Shown here piece by piece: positions 1-8,735 of a stretch of DNA of 64,000 nucleotides. Each line of letters starts with the position of its first letter. Within the stretch, counting starts at the first letter, position 1. The DNA is from Bacteroidota bacterium. Lineage in GTDB: Bacteria; Bacteroidota; Bacteroidia; Bacteroidales; VadinHA17. The position numbers were made by a program, and so were the translations under genes. The DNA is taken from positions 229-64,228 of the forward strand of contig JBAXXU010000003.1 in assembly GCA_037127735.1 (NCBI GenBank). The letters are read 5' to 3'. The notes under the pieces are model-generated. The model had not been told where the DNA came from and searched no databases. It worked only from the letters and a program-made list of their open reading frames with translations.

Positions 1-2
1 CC

Positions 3-1535
3 GAAATTTTCAGAAAGAAAGATGGCTTCGATGCGATCATTACCAATCCGCCCTGGGAAGTTTTTAAACCTAATTCAAAAGAGTTCTTTCTTGACTACTC
101 GAGCATTGTGTCAAAAAAGAAAATGACAATTAAAGATTTTGAAATAGAACAGGAAAAACTTTTGGCAGATGATGAAATCAGGGAAGCCTGGACTGATTAT
201 TTGAGCAGGTTTCCTTATGTAAGCGCTTATTTCAGAAGTGCAAAGCAGTATGAAAATCAAATTTCCGTTGTGAATGGAAAGAAAACAGGTTCTGATATAA
301 ACCTCTACAAACTGTTTACTGAACAGTGTTTTAATTTGTTGAATAAAAATGGTTATTGTGGAATTGTGATACCAAGTGCTATATATGCGAGTCTTGGAAC
401 AATGCAACTTCGGAAGATGCTGTTTGAAAAATCTCGAATATGTAATCTAATTAGTTTATCAAATGAAAAGTTCATTTTTGAGAATGTTCACCATGCTTTC
501 AAATTTTGTTTCTTGAGTTTTAAAAAAGGTGTTAATACAAACACCTTCAATGCTATTTTCAGAATTGACCCTCGTGAAGCTATTCCCCCAAAGGATTTGG
601 ATTCTTTTTTTGACAATACTGAAGATTTTGTAAAGCTATCACCGGAACTCATAACAAAGCTTTCTCCAGATGCTTTATCCGTTATGGAATTTCATGGAGA
701 AATAGATAGAACGATAGTAGATAAAATGGTTAAGTTTCCTTCTCTTGGAGAAAAATTAATTAATACTTGGGGTTTGAAAATTGGTAGTGAGTTTCATATG
801 ACAAGCGATAGTTATTTATTTAAATCTAATCCGATAAAAAGATCACTTCCTCTATATGAAGGAAAAATGATCAATCAATTTGAACACAAAACATCAGTTG
901 CGAAATATTTTGTTGATGAAAAAGAAGGAAGGCAAGCAATATTTGGAAAGAGAAAAGATGACTATGGAGAAATTCTTCCTTATCAAAATTATCGTTTGGG
1001 ATTTAGAGCGGTTGCAGGTAATACAAATAGTAGAACTATTATTGTTGGACCAATTCCGAAAAATGTTTTTTGTGGCAACTCACTTTTAGTTTCTGAGAAT
1101 TTATTTGGTGAAGATTTAATACTGGCACAAGCAATACTCAATAGCTATATTGTTGACTTTTATGCGAGACAAATGGTGACCAACAATATCAATATGTTTT
1201 ATATCTACCAACTTCCAGTTCCCCGTTTAAAACCCAATGACAAATGGTATCAACCCATTGTTGAAAGAGCAGCCAGGCTTATTTGCACCACAGCAGAGTT
1301 TGCAGAATTGTGGGAGGAGGTAATGAAAAGCAAATGGAGTGAAAAAGTTGCAGCCACACAGGATTATGAACGCGGCAAATTGAGGGCAGAGCTCGATGGC
1401 ATAATTGCCCACATTTACAGTTTAACTGAAGAAGAATTTACTTACATTCTCAGCACTTTCCCTATTGTGCCTCAACCACAAAAAGTAGCAGCACAAAATG
1501 CGTACAGGGATGTGGAAAGGGGATTGATAAAATAA
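3..1535 (+). CDS. N6-adenine DNA methyltransferase (gamma-class, Eco57I/TaqI-like; possibly part of a type IIG/IIS enzyme), 5'-truncated by the window edge
   Basis: Reading frame 3 is open from nt 3. Nt 30-59 encode DAIITNPPWE, with NPPW (motif IV) at 45-56, upstream of the GTG at 108 where the ORF track starts. About 475 aa follow, consistent with motifs V-VIII plus a long target-recognition-like region (e.g. LYEGKMINQFEH). Confidence 0.8.
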   Translation, partial: EIFRKKDGFDAIITNPPWEVFKPNSKEFFLDYSSIVSKKKMTIKDFEIEQEKLLADDEIREAWTDYLSRFPYVSAYFRSAKQYENQISVVNGKKTGSDINLYKLFTEQCFNLLNKNGYCGIVIPSAIYASLGTMQLRKMLFEKSRICNLISLSNEKFIFENVHHAFKFCFLSFKKGVNTNTFNAIFRIDPREAIPPKDLDSFFDNTEDFVKLSPELITKLSPDALSVMEFHGEIDRTIVDKMVKFPSLGEKLINTWGLKIGSEFHMTSDSYLFKSNPIKRSLPLYEGKMINQFEHKTSVAKYFVDEKEGRQAIFGKRKDDYGEILPYQNYRLGFRAVAGNTNSRTIIVGPIPKNVFCGNSLLVSENLFGEDLILAQAILNSYIVDFYARQMVTNNINMFYIYQLPVPRLKPNDKWYQPIVERAARLICTTAEFAELWEEVMKSKWSEKVAATQDYERGKLRAELDGIIAHIYSLTEEEFTYILSTFPIVPQPQKVAAQNAYRDVERGLIK

Positions 1536-1553
1536 TGGCAAAATATTAAAAGC

Positions 1554-2759
1554 ATGTTAACGAACATCAGGATTAAAAATTTCAAAGCAATAAAAGACAC
1601 CAGTGAGTTGAAACTGAATCCGCTCACCTGTTTTATTGGTTATAACGGTTCGGGCAAAAGCAGTGTGCTTGAAGCCCTGCTCACCTTAAAGGAACTTACA
1701 ACCGATGGTTTGGATAGTGCAATGCTGCGGTGGAAAGGATTTGAGAATGTACAGTTCAAAGGAGTGGAACGAAAGAAAATCACTCACCGCAACCTAGCCG
1801 ATAACGATGAAGTCCAGGTGTTCGACCGACCCGTTTCAATCAGGGTGAAAAGTAAATTCACCGGAACCGGAAAGAATGGTAAGAAATTATACACGGCAGA
1901 AACGGAAATAACGAAGCTCATAGAAAACGAACAGATAGTTTTTTTAAAAGAGGATTTTGTGATGCAAAACGAAAAAAGTTTTGCTTATCACCGCGATTTT
2001 AACGGGCAGATCTATTACAGCGATAATAGCAAAGCAGCAAATACTGAAAACAGCAACATCTACAAGTTGGCAAACGATAAAAGTTTGTTCAGCGACCTGA
2101 ATCTTCTTCACGATATCCGGAGCTGGCAATTCATGCGCATGAGCCCTGATGAAATGGGAGAGCCATATCCCCAGAAGCGGACCTCTGGATTTATTCCACT
2201 TAACATGAACGGAAGCAATGTAGCGGAATATTTATTAAGTATAAAAAATGATTCTCAAACAGCCTATGAGAGTATTGTAAACACAATGGTTCGATCTGTT
2301 TTACCTTATGCAAGCGGTTTAAGATCGGAGCTTACTTCTGAAGTTGACAGAAAAATATTTCTCAACCTTGAAGAAAAAAACTATAATATACCAGGCTGGC
2401 TTCTTTCCACAGGAACATTGCGAATTGTCGCATTGCTTGCCATGTTTCGCCATCCCAAACCTGCCCCGGTTGTAATAATTGAAGAACTGGAGAACGGACT
2501 TGATCCACGATCTATCCATTTAATTGTAAGCGAAATAAGACGATTTACTGAAGAAACAGGGTCACAGGTAATCTTTACATCGCACTCACCTTACCTTTTG
2601 GATTTACTTAAGCTTGACGAATTGGTGTTTGTAGAAAAGACCGTTAATGAAATAAAGTTCATCCATCCTGCAAATAATAAAGATGTGGTAGAGTGGGCAG
2701 ATAAATTCACCCCGGGGAAACTTTACACAATGAGCCGTTTAAATCCTGAAAGCAAATGA
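1554..2759 (+). CDS. ABC/SMC-type (AAA_21/AAA_15-like) ATPase, OLD/AbiLi/RloA/AriA-like
   Basis: Walker A GYNGSGKSS; signature-like LSTGT; Walker B/D-loop VVIIEELENGLDP; H-loop TSHSP. The gene starts 18 nt after the methyltransferase stop. Confidence 0.8.
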   Translation: MLTNIRIKNFKAIKDTSELKLNPLTCFIGYNGSGKSSVLEALLTLKELTTDGLDSAMLRWKGFENVQFKGVERKKITHRNLADNDEVQVFDRPVSIRVKSKFTGTGKNGKKLYTAETEITKLIENEQIVFLKEDFVMQNEKSFAYHRDFNGQIYYSDNSKAANTENSNIYKLANDKSLFSDLNLLHDIRSWQFMRMSPDEMGEPYPQKRTSGFIPLNMNGSNVAEYLLSIKNDSQTAYESIVNTMVRSVLPYASGLRSELTSEVDRKIFLNLEEKNYNIPGWLLSTGTLRIVALLAMFRHPKPAPVVIIEELENGLDPRSIHLIVSEIRRFTEETGSQVIFTSHSPYLLDLLKLDELVFVEKTVNEIKFIHPANNKDVVEWADKFTPGKLYTMSRLNPESK

Positions 2760-3352
2760 GAGTAGGCTTCATTTTTGAATGTGGTCCCGATGGTCCTGAT
2801 TTGAAAGTAGTTAAAAACCTTGCGGAAAGGATTCTAAGTGACATTGAATTTGAACCTGCAACTCTGGACAACAAAGGCAGGTTGATGAATGAATGTGCTG
2901 ATGCAGCAGAAGCATTATTGACCATTCAGAAATGCGAAAGAGTTTTCATTATCTGGGACTTAATTCCGCCAGACCGTGATGCCTGCAGAAAGGAAGAATG
3001 CGACTATATACTTGAACAACTGCGTGCCAGAAGATTGCCTCTCGACAGAATTATTCTGGTATGTATAGAACAGGAATTGGAAAGCTGGCTTATTGCTGAC
3101 GGCAGGGCATTGAGTAATCTGCTCTCGACGGCAACACACCAGGTCAATATCCCTGACACAAGACGACCCGACCAAAAAAGAAAGCCCAAAAAAGCCTTGA
3201 ACAAAATTTTCAGAGAAAAGCGAGGTTGGTTTTACGTGGATAGAGACTTCGCCGGGTCAATAGTTAGCAGAATTCCGGATTTCAATCGTTTGAAAAAGAG
3301 CGAATCGTTCAAACGGTTTTATGAAAAACTATCCGGAAACCAATTGAGGTGA
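2756..3352 (+). CDS. Small Toprim-like partner protein (DUF4276/RloB/DUF4435 class; exact family not verified)
   Basis: ATGA start/stop overlap with the ATPase at 2756-2759. 198 aa. Acidic pattern E8 ... D68, D73-R-D75 ... ESWLIADG resembles the E...DxD Toprim signature. The size matches the small partners of such ATPases. Confidence 0.5.
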   Translation: MRVGFIFECGPDGPDLKVVKNLAERILSDIEFEPATLDNKGRLMNECADAAEALLTIQKCERVFIIWDLIPPDRDACRKEECDYILEQLRARRLPLDRIILVCIEQELESWLIADGRALSNLLSTATHQVNIPDTRRPDQKRKPKKALNKIFREKRGWFYVDRDFAGSIVSRIPDFNRLKKSESFKRFYEKLSGNQLR

Positions 3353-3457
3353 ATAAAAGTAAGATGCTGCATCTAAAGTATTCATATTGAAGGAAAAAAA
3401 TCAAATATATTAATTAACCTTATAGCATGATTAACTCAACCAAAAACAATAGTATCA

Positions 3458-5182
3458 ATGAAACATCCTAAAAATTTATTCCTTGTTTTTTTGGTTTTAC
3501 TACTGATGTTCCCGGTTTTAGGATGCCACCAGAATAGAAATCAAATTTCAGGAAAGAAGCAACAACTTATTTCCTCCCAGATTCCTCACCTGGAAAAACA
3601 AGGTTCTGCAACCAGGCTTATTGTTGAAGGGAAACCATTTCTTATGATCTCAGGCGAACTGCATAATTCCACTTGCGGAGGATTAGAATATATGAGACCT
3701 GTATGGAAAAGAATGGCCAAAAAGAACCTTAATTCTGTTATTGCCACTGTTTCATGGGAACTTGTTGAGCCTGAGCAGGGAAAATTTGATTTTGCCCTGG
3801 TTGACAGTATGATTGCCGGTGCAAGAAAAGCGGATATTAAGCTGATGTTGATCTGGTTTGCCAGCTGGAAGAACGCGGGTTCAATCTATATGCCTTCGTG
3901 GGTGAAGAAGGACTACTTAAAGTATCCCCGTGCAAAAGATGAACAAGGGAATCCACTTGAGATTTTATCAACTTTCGGTGAAGCATCCTGTGAAGCTGAC
4001 GCTAAAGCATTTGCAGCATTGATGGGCCATATCAGGGAGGTTGATGCCAATCAGCAGACTGTTATAATGATGCAGGTTGAAAATGAAATTGGCTTGCTTG
4101 ACAATATGGGAAAAACTCCGGGCAACGCCAGAAGGGATTTCAGTGATAAAGCAAATACGGCATACAATGGTCTGGTTCCCAAAGAATTGATGGATTATCT
4201 TATAGCGAATAAAGAGAATCTTTTCCCGGAACTTCACAAAGTATGGGAAGCTCAGGGTTTTAAAAATGCAGGATCGTGGGAAGAGGTTTTTGGTAAAAGT
4301 GAACTCAGACCTGAGAAAAAAGATTGGCAATTCTATTCATATTACACTGAAGAGTTATTTATGGCATGGAATTATGCCCGGTATGTTGAAAAAATTGCAG
4401 CAACAGGTAAAAAGGAATACCCTTTACCCATGTATGTAAATGCCTGGCTAAAACAACCTTCAACCTCCTGGCCCGGAAGATATCCATCCGGAGGACCTTT
4501 GCCACAAGTTCTTGATATATGGCGTGCTGCTGCCCCTTCAATTGATTTTATCGCTCCTGATATTTATATAAATGAGTTTACATGGGTTTGTCAGGAATTC
4601 ATAAGAAGCGGAAACCCATTGTTTATTCCGGAAACAAGGGGAGGCGCTGTTGGAGCTGCAAGAGCATTATATGTATTCGGTGAGTACGGCGCAGGGTGTT
4701 TCGCACCATTTGGAATAGATAATGAAATTTACAGGGAAAATGACCCTTTGGATGAAACATATTCTGTATTGAAAAACATGTCGTTTTTTATTCTCCAAAA
4801 CCAGGGCAAAGGATCTATGAGAGGCATTTTAGTTGATTCTGTTTCACCTTCAAAGGAGTTCGAAATGGGAGAGTACCGCATTAAAGCTGATATCGCTGAA
4901 GGCATAAAGCCATCCATTGCAGGAGGGTTAATTATACAGACAGGTCAACAGGAATTCATCGTTGCCGGCAGAGGTTTCGATCTGTTTTTTATACCCGGAG
5001 ATACTTTGATGAGAGTTGCATTAGATGTAGTAGATGAAGGAACTTTTAAAGAAGGAAATTGGGTGTCTGAACGAAGGCTAAACGGAGATGAAACGCACGC
5101 CAGCACCTGGTCAGGGACTGGATTGAAGCTACCTTCACAGAAAGTAAGTATTCAGAAAGTCTCTCTTTACCGGTATAAATAA
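3458..5182 (+). CDS. Clan GH-A glycoside hydrolase, GH35/42-like beta-galactosidase-type lipoprotein (DUF5597-type architecture, from memory)
   Basis: Lipoprotein signal (LLLMFPVLGC). MMQVENEIG matches the clan GH-A acid/base NE motif. The N-terminal TIM-barrel region (GELHNS..., WELVEPEQGKFDF) is typical of GH35/42-like enzymes. Confidence 0.6.
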   Translation: MKHPKNLFLVFLVLLLMFPVLGCHQNRNQISGKKQQLISSQIPHLEKQGSATRLIVEGKPFLMISGELHNSTCGGLEYMRPVWKRMAKKNLNSVIATVSWELVEPEQGKFDFALVDSMIAGARKADIKLMLIWFASWKNAGSIYMPSWVKKDYLKYPRAKDEQGNPLEILSTFGEASCEADAKAFAALMGHIREVDANQQTVIMMQVENEIGLLDNMGKTPGNARRDFSDKANTAYNGLVPKELMDYLIANKENLFPELHKVWEAQGFKNAGSWEEVFGKSELRPEKKDWQFYSYYTEELFMAWNYARYVEKIAATGKKEYPLPMYVNAWLKQPSTSWPGRYPSGGPLPQVLDIWRAAAPSIDFIAPDIYINEFTWVCQEFIRSGNPLFIPETRGGAVGAARALYVFGEYGAGCFAPFGIDNEIYRENDPLDETYSVLKNMSFFILQNQGKGSMRGILVDSVSPSKEFEMGEYRIKADIAEGIKPSIAGGLIIQTGQQEFIVAGRGFDLFFIPGDTLMRVALDVVDEGTFKEGNWVSERRLNGDETHASTWSGTGLKLPSQKVSIQKVSLYRYK

Positions 5183-5201
5183 CCTCAAATAATACACTGT
5201 T

Positions 5202-6167
5202 ATGATATACAATCAATGGTATGTAATACTTGAATCAAAAGAACTGAAAGAGAATAAGCCTCTTAGAATCAGACGTTTCAATATTGACATGACTCTTTGG
5301 CGCGACGAAAACAGAGATGTTTGCTGCATAGATGACAGATGTTGTCATCGTGGAGTTTCTCTTTCGTGTGGAAAAATAATTAGCGGGAAGCTGGAATGTC
5401 CTTTCCATGGGTTTGTTTATGATAAGTCGGGAAAAGTCCGGATTATTCCCGCTAACGGGAAGACGAAACAACCACCGGAAACAATGAAAGTACGAGCATA
5501 TAAAACCTTTGAAGGTTATGGCTTTCTATGGTTGTGGTGGGGCGATGATGACAAAATAACTCAGGAACCATTTTTCTTTAAAGAACTTGGCAGTTTTTCC
5601 TATTCATCATTCAAAGATCACTGGAATGTCCATTATTCGAGGGCAATAGAAAACCAACTCGATGTTGTACATCTTCCATTTGTACACAAAACAACAATAG
5701 GGCGCGGCAATAAAACACTTGTGCATGGCCCGGTGGTGGTACGGGAAAAGGAATTAATTACTTTTTATGTGTATAATATTGAAGATGATGGAAAAACGGT
5801 TCCTCTTAAACCTGACGAGATTGTTGATTATGAAAAACTTTTCCATCTGCAGTTCCATTATCCCAATATCTGGCAGAATTTTATTTCTGACAAAATAAGG
5901 GCATTTGCTGCATTTGTTCCGGTTGATGAAGAAAACAGTGTTATTTACATAAGGTATTATCAGAATTTAATTAAAATACCATTATTAAAGCAGCTATTCA
6001 ACTACATAGGTAAATTAACAAGCATAATAATCCTAAGGCAGGACAAAAGAGTAGTGATAACCCAGATGCCAAAGAGGAGTGAATTGAAAATGGATGAGCG
6101 TCTAATTATGGGAGACAGGCCGATTATTGAGTATAGAAAACATAGAGATGAACTTATGAAAGGATGA
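5202..6167 (+). CDS. Rieske [2Fe-2S] non-haem iron oxygenase, alpha-subunit-like
   Basis: Rieske motif C47-C-H49 ... C66-P-F-H69. Mononuclear iron motif ENQLDVVHLPFVH (D-x2-H-x4-H). Starts 19 nt after the upstream hydrolase. Confidence 0.85.
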   Translation: MIYNQWYVILESKELKENKPLRIRRFNIDMTLWRDENRDVCCIDDRCCHRGVSLSCGKIISGKLECPFHGFVYDKSGKVRIIPANGKTKQPPETMKVRAYKTFEGYGFLWLWWGDDDKITQEPFFFKELGSFSYSSFKDHWNVHYSRAIENQLDVVHLPFVHKTTIGRGNKTLVHGPVVVREKELITFYVYNIEDDGKTVPLKPDEIVDYEKLFHLQFHYPNIWQNFISDKIRAFAAFVPVDEENSVIYIRYYQNLIKIPLLKQLFNYIGKLTSIIILRQDKRVVITQMPKRSELKMDERLIMGDRPIIEYRKHRDELMKG

Positions 6168-6379
6168 TGTTGTTACCAGTCCTAATCCTGACCATATCTG
6201 GTAGAAGCCAAACCCGATAGGACATTTACTTTAAAGAGAAGTAATTACACCAACACCCCTTTAAGACGGTATATTGTTAGTTTTGATATTTTAATACTCG
6301 AGTAACCTATAATATTTTTCATACGGAATTTTGAAACAATAGTCAGTAGCATTTAAAAACTCAATAAAGGGTTAATAAT

Positions 6380-7756
6380 ATGACAAAAAATGAATTATCA
6401 CGCAGAAAATTTATTGGTAAAACAACAGCAGGGTTAGCCGGGGTAGTTGTTTCATCAGTCAATTCCTCACTAAGTGCAGCTTCTTACAGTAGAATTATTG
6501 GTGCCAACGATCGGATCAATATTGGATTTCTTGGTTGTGGAGGTCGTAGCAGCGGTCATCAAAGTATGGTTAAAACATCGGAAAAGGATAAAAATCTGGG
6601 TGTTATTGCCGTGTGCGATATCTGGAAACTTAATAAAGAAAAAGCTGCAGCAAATTGTAAAAAGCTGTTCGGAACAGATGTTAAACAGTTTAAATATTCC
6701 GAAGATATGCTGAAGTTAACTGAACTTGATGGGGTAATGATAGGTACCGGAGATTTTCAGCATGCACATACTCTGGCTGAAGTTGTTAAAGCAGGTAAAG
6801 ATTGCTATTGTGAAAAGCCTATGGCAATTGATATAATTGATGCTAAACTGGCAAGAAGTGCAGTTCTTGAATCTTCACAGGTTGTTCAGATGGGCTCACA
6901 ATGGGTTAGCGATCCGATGCAGAAAAAAGTACGCGATATCATACGTTCAGGGAAATTGGGTCAGATTACAAAAATAGAACAGGTATGGAATGATAATGGT
7001 CCCCGCTGGCATTTACCCAACGATCCTGATGTTGCAGCAATCAGGGAAGAAGATACTGACTGGAAAAGGTGGCTTTCAGGGAAGCCTTACGTTCCTTTTG
7101 ATCCATGGAAATATTTTGAATTCAGAATATTTCGTGATTACTCCGGGGGAATTACTTCACAATGGATGAGTCATGGCGTGGGTTTGGTTCATTTCTATAC
7201 CAATACTGCCATACCAGATTCCATGGTAGCTAACGGAGGAATTTTTGGCTGGCCTGATATCAGGCAGAATCCTGACACATTTCAGGCGCTTGCTACTTAT
7301 GACGATGCGAGGTTGTTATATTCCTACACTTCAAACTATGCAAGTATGTTTGGCGATTACACCTGCATCCGTGGAAAAGACGGGACTCTGTTTTCACATG
7401 GAGGAGAAGGCAGCGCCCGTTGGTTTTACATTCCCGAACACCAATCTCTTCCGGGTGGCTTTGATTTTTATGAAGGGATGAAAGAGACAATAAAAGGAGG
7501 GAAGGCCGAAATAGTAACAACTGAAGAATACGGTATGAAACTTGGCCCTGTTAACCTGAGCGATGACAGTAAATATCACCTCGACAACTGGATTGATTGC
7601 ATGAGAGACAGGAGCATAGTACCCAATGGGAATATCCATACCGGATTCTGGCATTCCATAGCTGCTATTATGGCTACACAAGCTTACCGGGAAGGTAAAA
7701 AACTTTACTGGGATCGTACAAAAGAAGAAATAGTTGACCATCCGGTTACCACATAG
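6380..7756 (+). CDS. Gfo/Idh/MocA-family oxidoreductase, TAT-exported
   Basis: Twin-arginine signal SRRKFIGKTTAGLAG; Rossmann GFLGCGGRS; EKP motif (CYCEKPMA). Confidence 0.85.
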   Translation: MTKNELSRRKFIGKTTAGLAGVVVSSVNSSLSAASYSRIIGANDRINIGFLGCGGRSSGHQSMVKTSEKDKNLGVIAVCDIWKLNKEKAAANCKKLFGTDVKQFKYSEDMLKLTELDGVMIGTGDFQHAHTLAEVVKAGKDCYCEKPMAIDIIDAKLARSAVLESSQVVQMGSQWVSDPMQKKVRDIIRSGKLGQITKIEQVWNDNGPRWHLPNDPDVAAIREEDTDWKRWLSGKPYVPFDPWKYFEFRIFRDYSGGITSQWMSHGVGLVHFYTNTAIPDSMVANGGIFGWPDIRQNPDTFQALATYDDARLLYSYTSNYASMFGDYTCIRGKDGTLFSHGGEGSARWFYIPEHQSLPGGFDFYEGMKETIKGGKAEIVTTEEYGMKLGPVNLSDDSKYHLDNWIDCMRDRSIVPNGNIHTGFWHSIAAIMATQAYREGKKLYWDRTKEEIVDHPVTT

Positions 7757-7802
7757 ACTTGCAAATTACACCTTAAAATAACCTTTTAACTCAGAACAGA
7801 AA

Positions 7803-8531
7803 ATGGAAATTCTAATATACGAAAACAAGCAGATTCTCGGTGAAAATGCCGCAAGGATTGGTGGTGAATTAATTCGTAAGGCAATCATCGACAGGGGAAA
7901 AGCAAATATCATCGTTGCCACCGGGGCTTCACAGTTTGAAATGCTTAAAGCGCTGGTAAACGAGGACATTGACTGGTCTTTGGTACACGCCTTTCATTTA
8001 GACGAATATATAGGGATATCAGAAAAACATTCTGCATCGTTTCGCAAATATCTCAAAGAAAGATTTGTAGATATTGTATCGCCTGGGGAGTTCAACTATA
8101 TTAATGGAAATGAGGATCCTTATGAGGAATGTGTCCGTCTTGGAAATCTGATAAGCAAACATCCTGTTGATGTTGCTTTTGTGGGTATCGGCGAAAACAG
8201 CCACCTCGCTTTTAATGATCCTCCGGCAGATTTCAAAACGGAAGAAGCCTATATCGTGGTGAATCTGGATAAAGAGTGCCGCCTCCAGCAGATGGGCGAA
8301 GGATGGTTCCCCTCTCTTAACGATGTTCCTGAAAAGGCAATCAGTATGTCAATTATGCAAATAATGAAATCAAAAGCCATTATTTGTACAGTTCCTGATT
8401 TAAGGAAGGCAGAGGCCGTGAAAAAAACGATTGAAGGTTCAATCTCTCCATCTATTCCAGCGTCAATAATGAGGAACCATGAGGCAGTGTGGCTCTTTCT
8501 TGATAAAGATTCAGCCTCTATGCTATCGTAA
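7803..8531 (+). CDS. Glucosamine-6-phosphate deaminase/6-phosphogluconolactonase-fold protein (NagB-like)
   Basis: IVATGASQFEML, HLDEYIG and GIGENSHLAFNDP motifs typical of the NagB family. No signal peptide. Confidence 0.75.
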   Translation: MEILIYENKQILGENAARIGGELIRKAIIDRGKANIIVATGASQFEMLKALVNEDIDWSLVHAFHLDEYIGISEKHSASFRKYLKERFVDIVSPGEFNYINGNEDPYEECVRLGNLISKHPVDVAFVGIGENSHLAFNDPPADFKTEEAYIVVNLDKECRLQQMGEGWFPSLNDVPEKAISMSIMQIMKSKAIICTVPDLRKAEAVKKTIEGSISPSIPASIMRNHEAVWLFLDKDSASMLS

Positions 8532-8735
8532 CCCGTGAACTGTGTATATGTCAGGATAAAACTAAATCTTTATTGCTTAATTACACACTAAAAAAGAATA
8601 ATCAATTATAATGCTACAATGAGAAAAACTATCACTTCAGGTGCTCCGAACATGAAAAAGAGCCCTTCCATTTTTCGACCGCATCTGACGATTAGTATAG
8701 TAAATAATTTCCACAAAATCAGCGGTTTTAAAATC

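Noticed and set aside
8619-8735. The ATG at 8619 as the start of the M14-like gene.
   Set aside because: The first 39 codons precede a perfectly good lipoprotein signal that begins at ATG 8736. The upstream extension has no signal-like features. It is kept only as an alternative.
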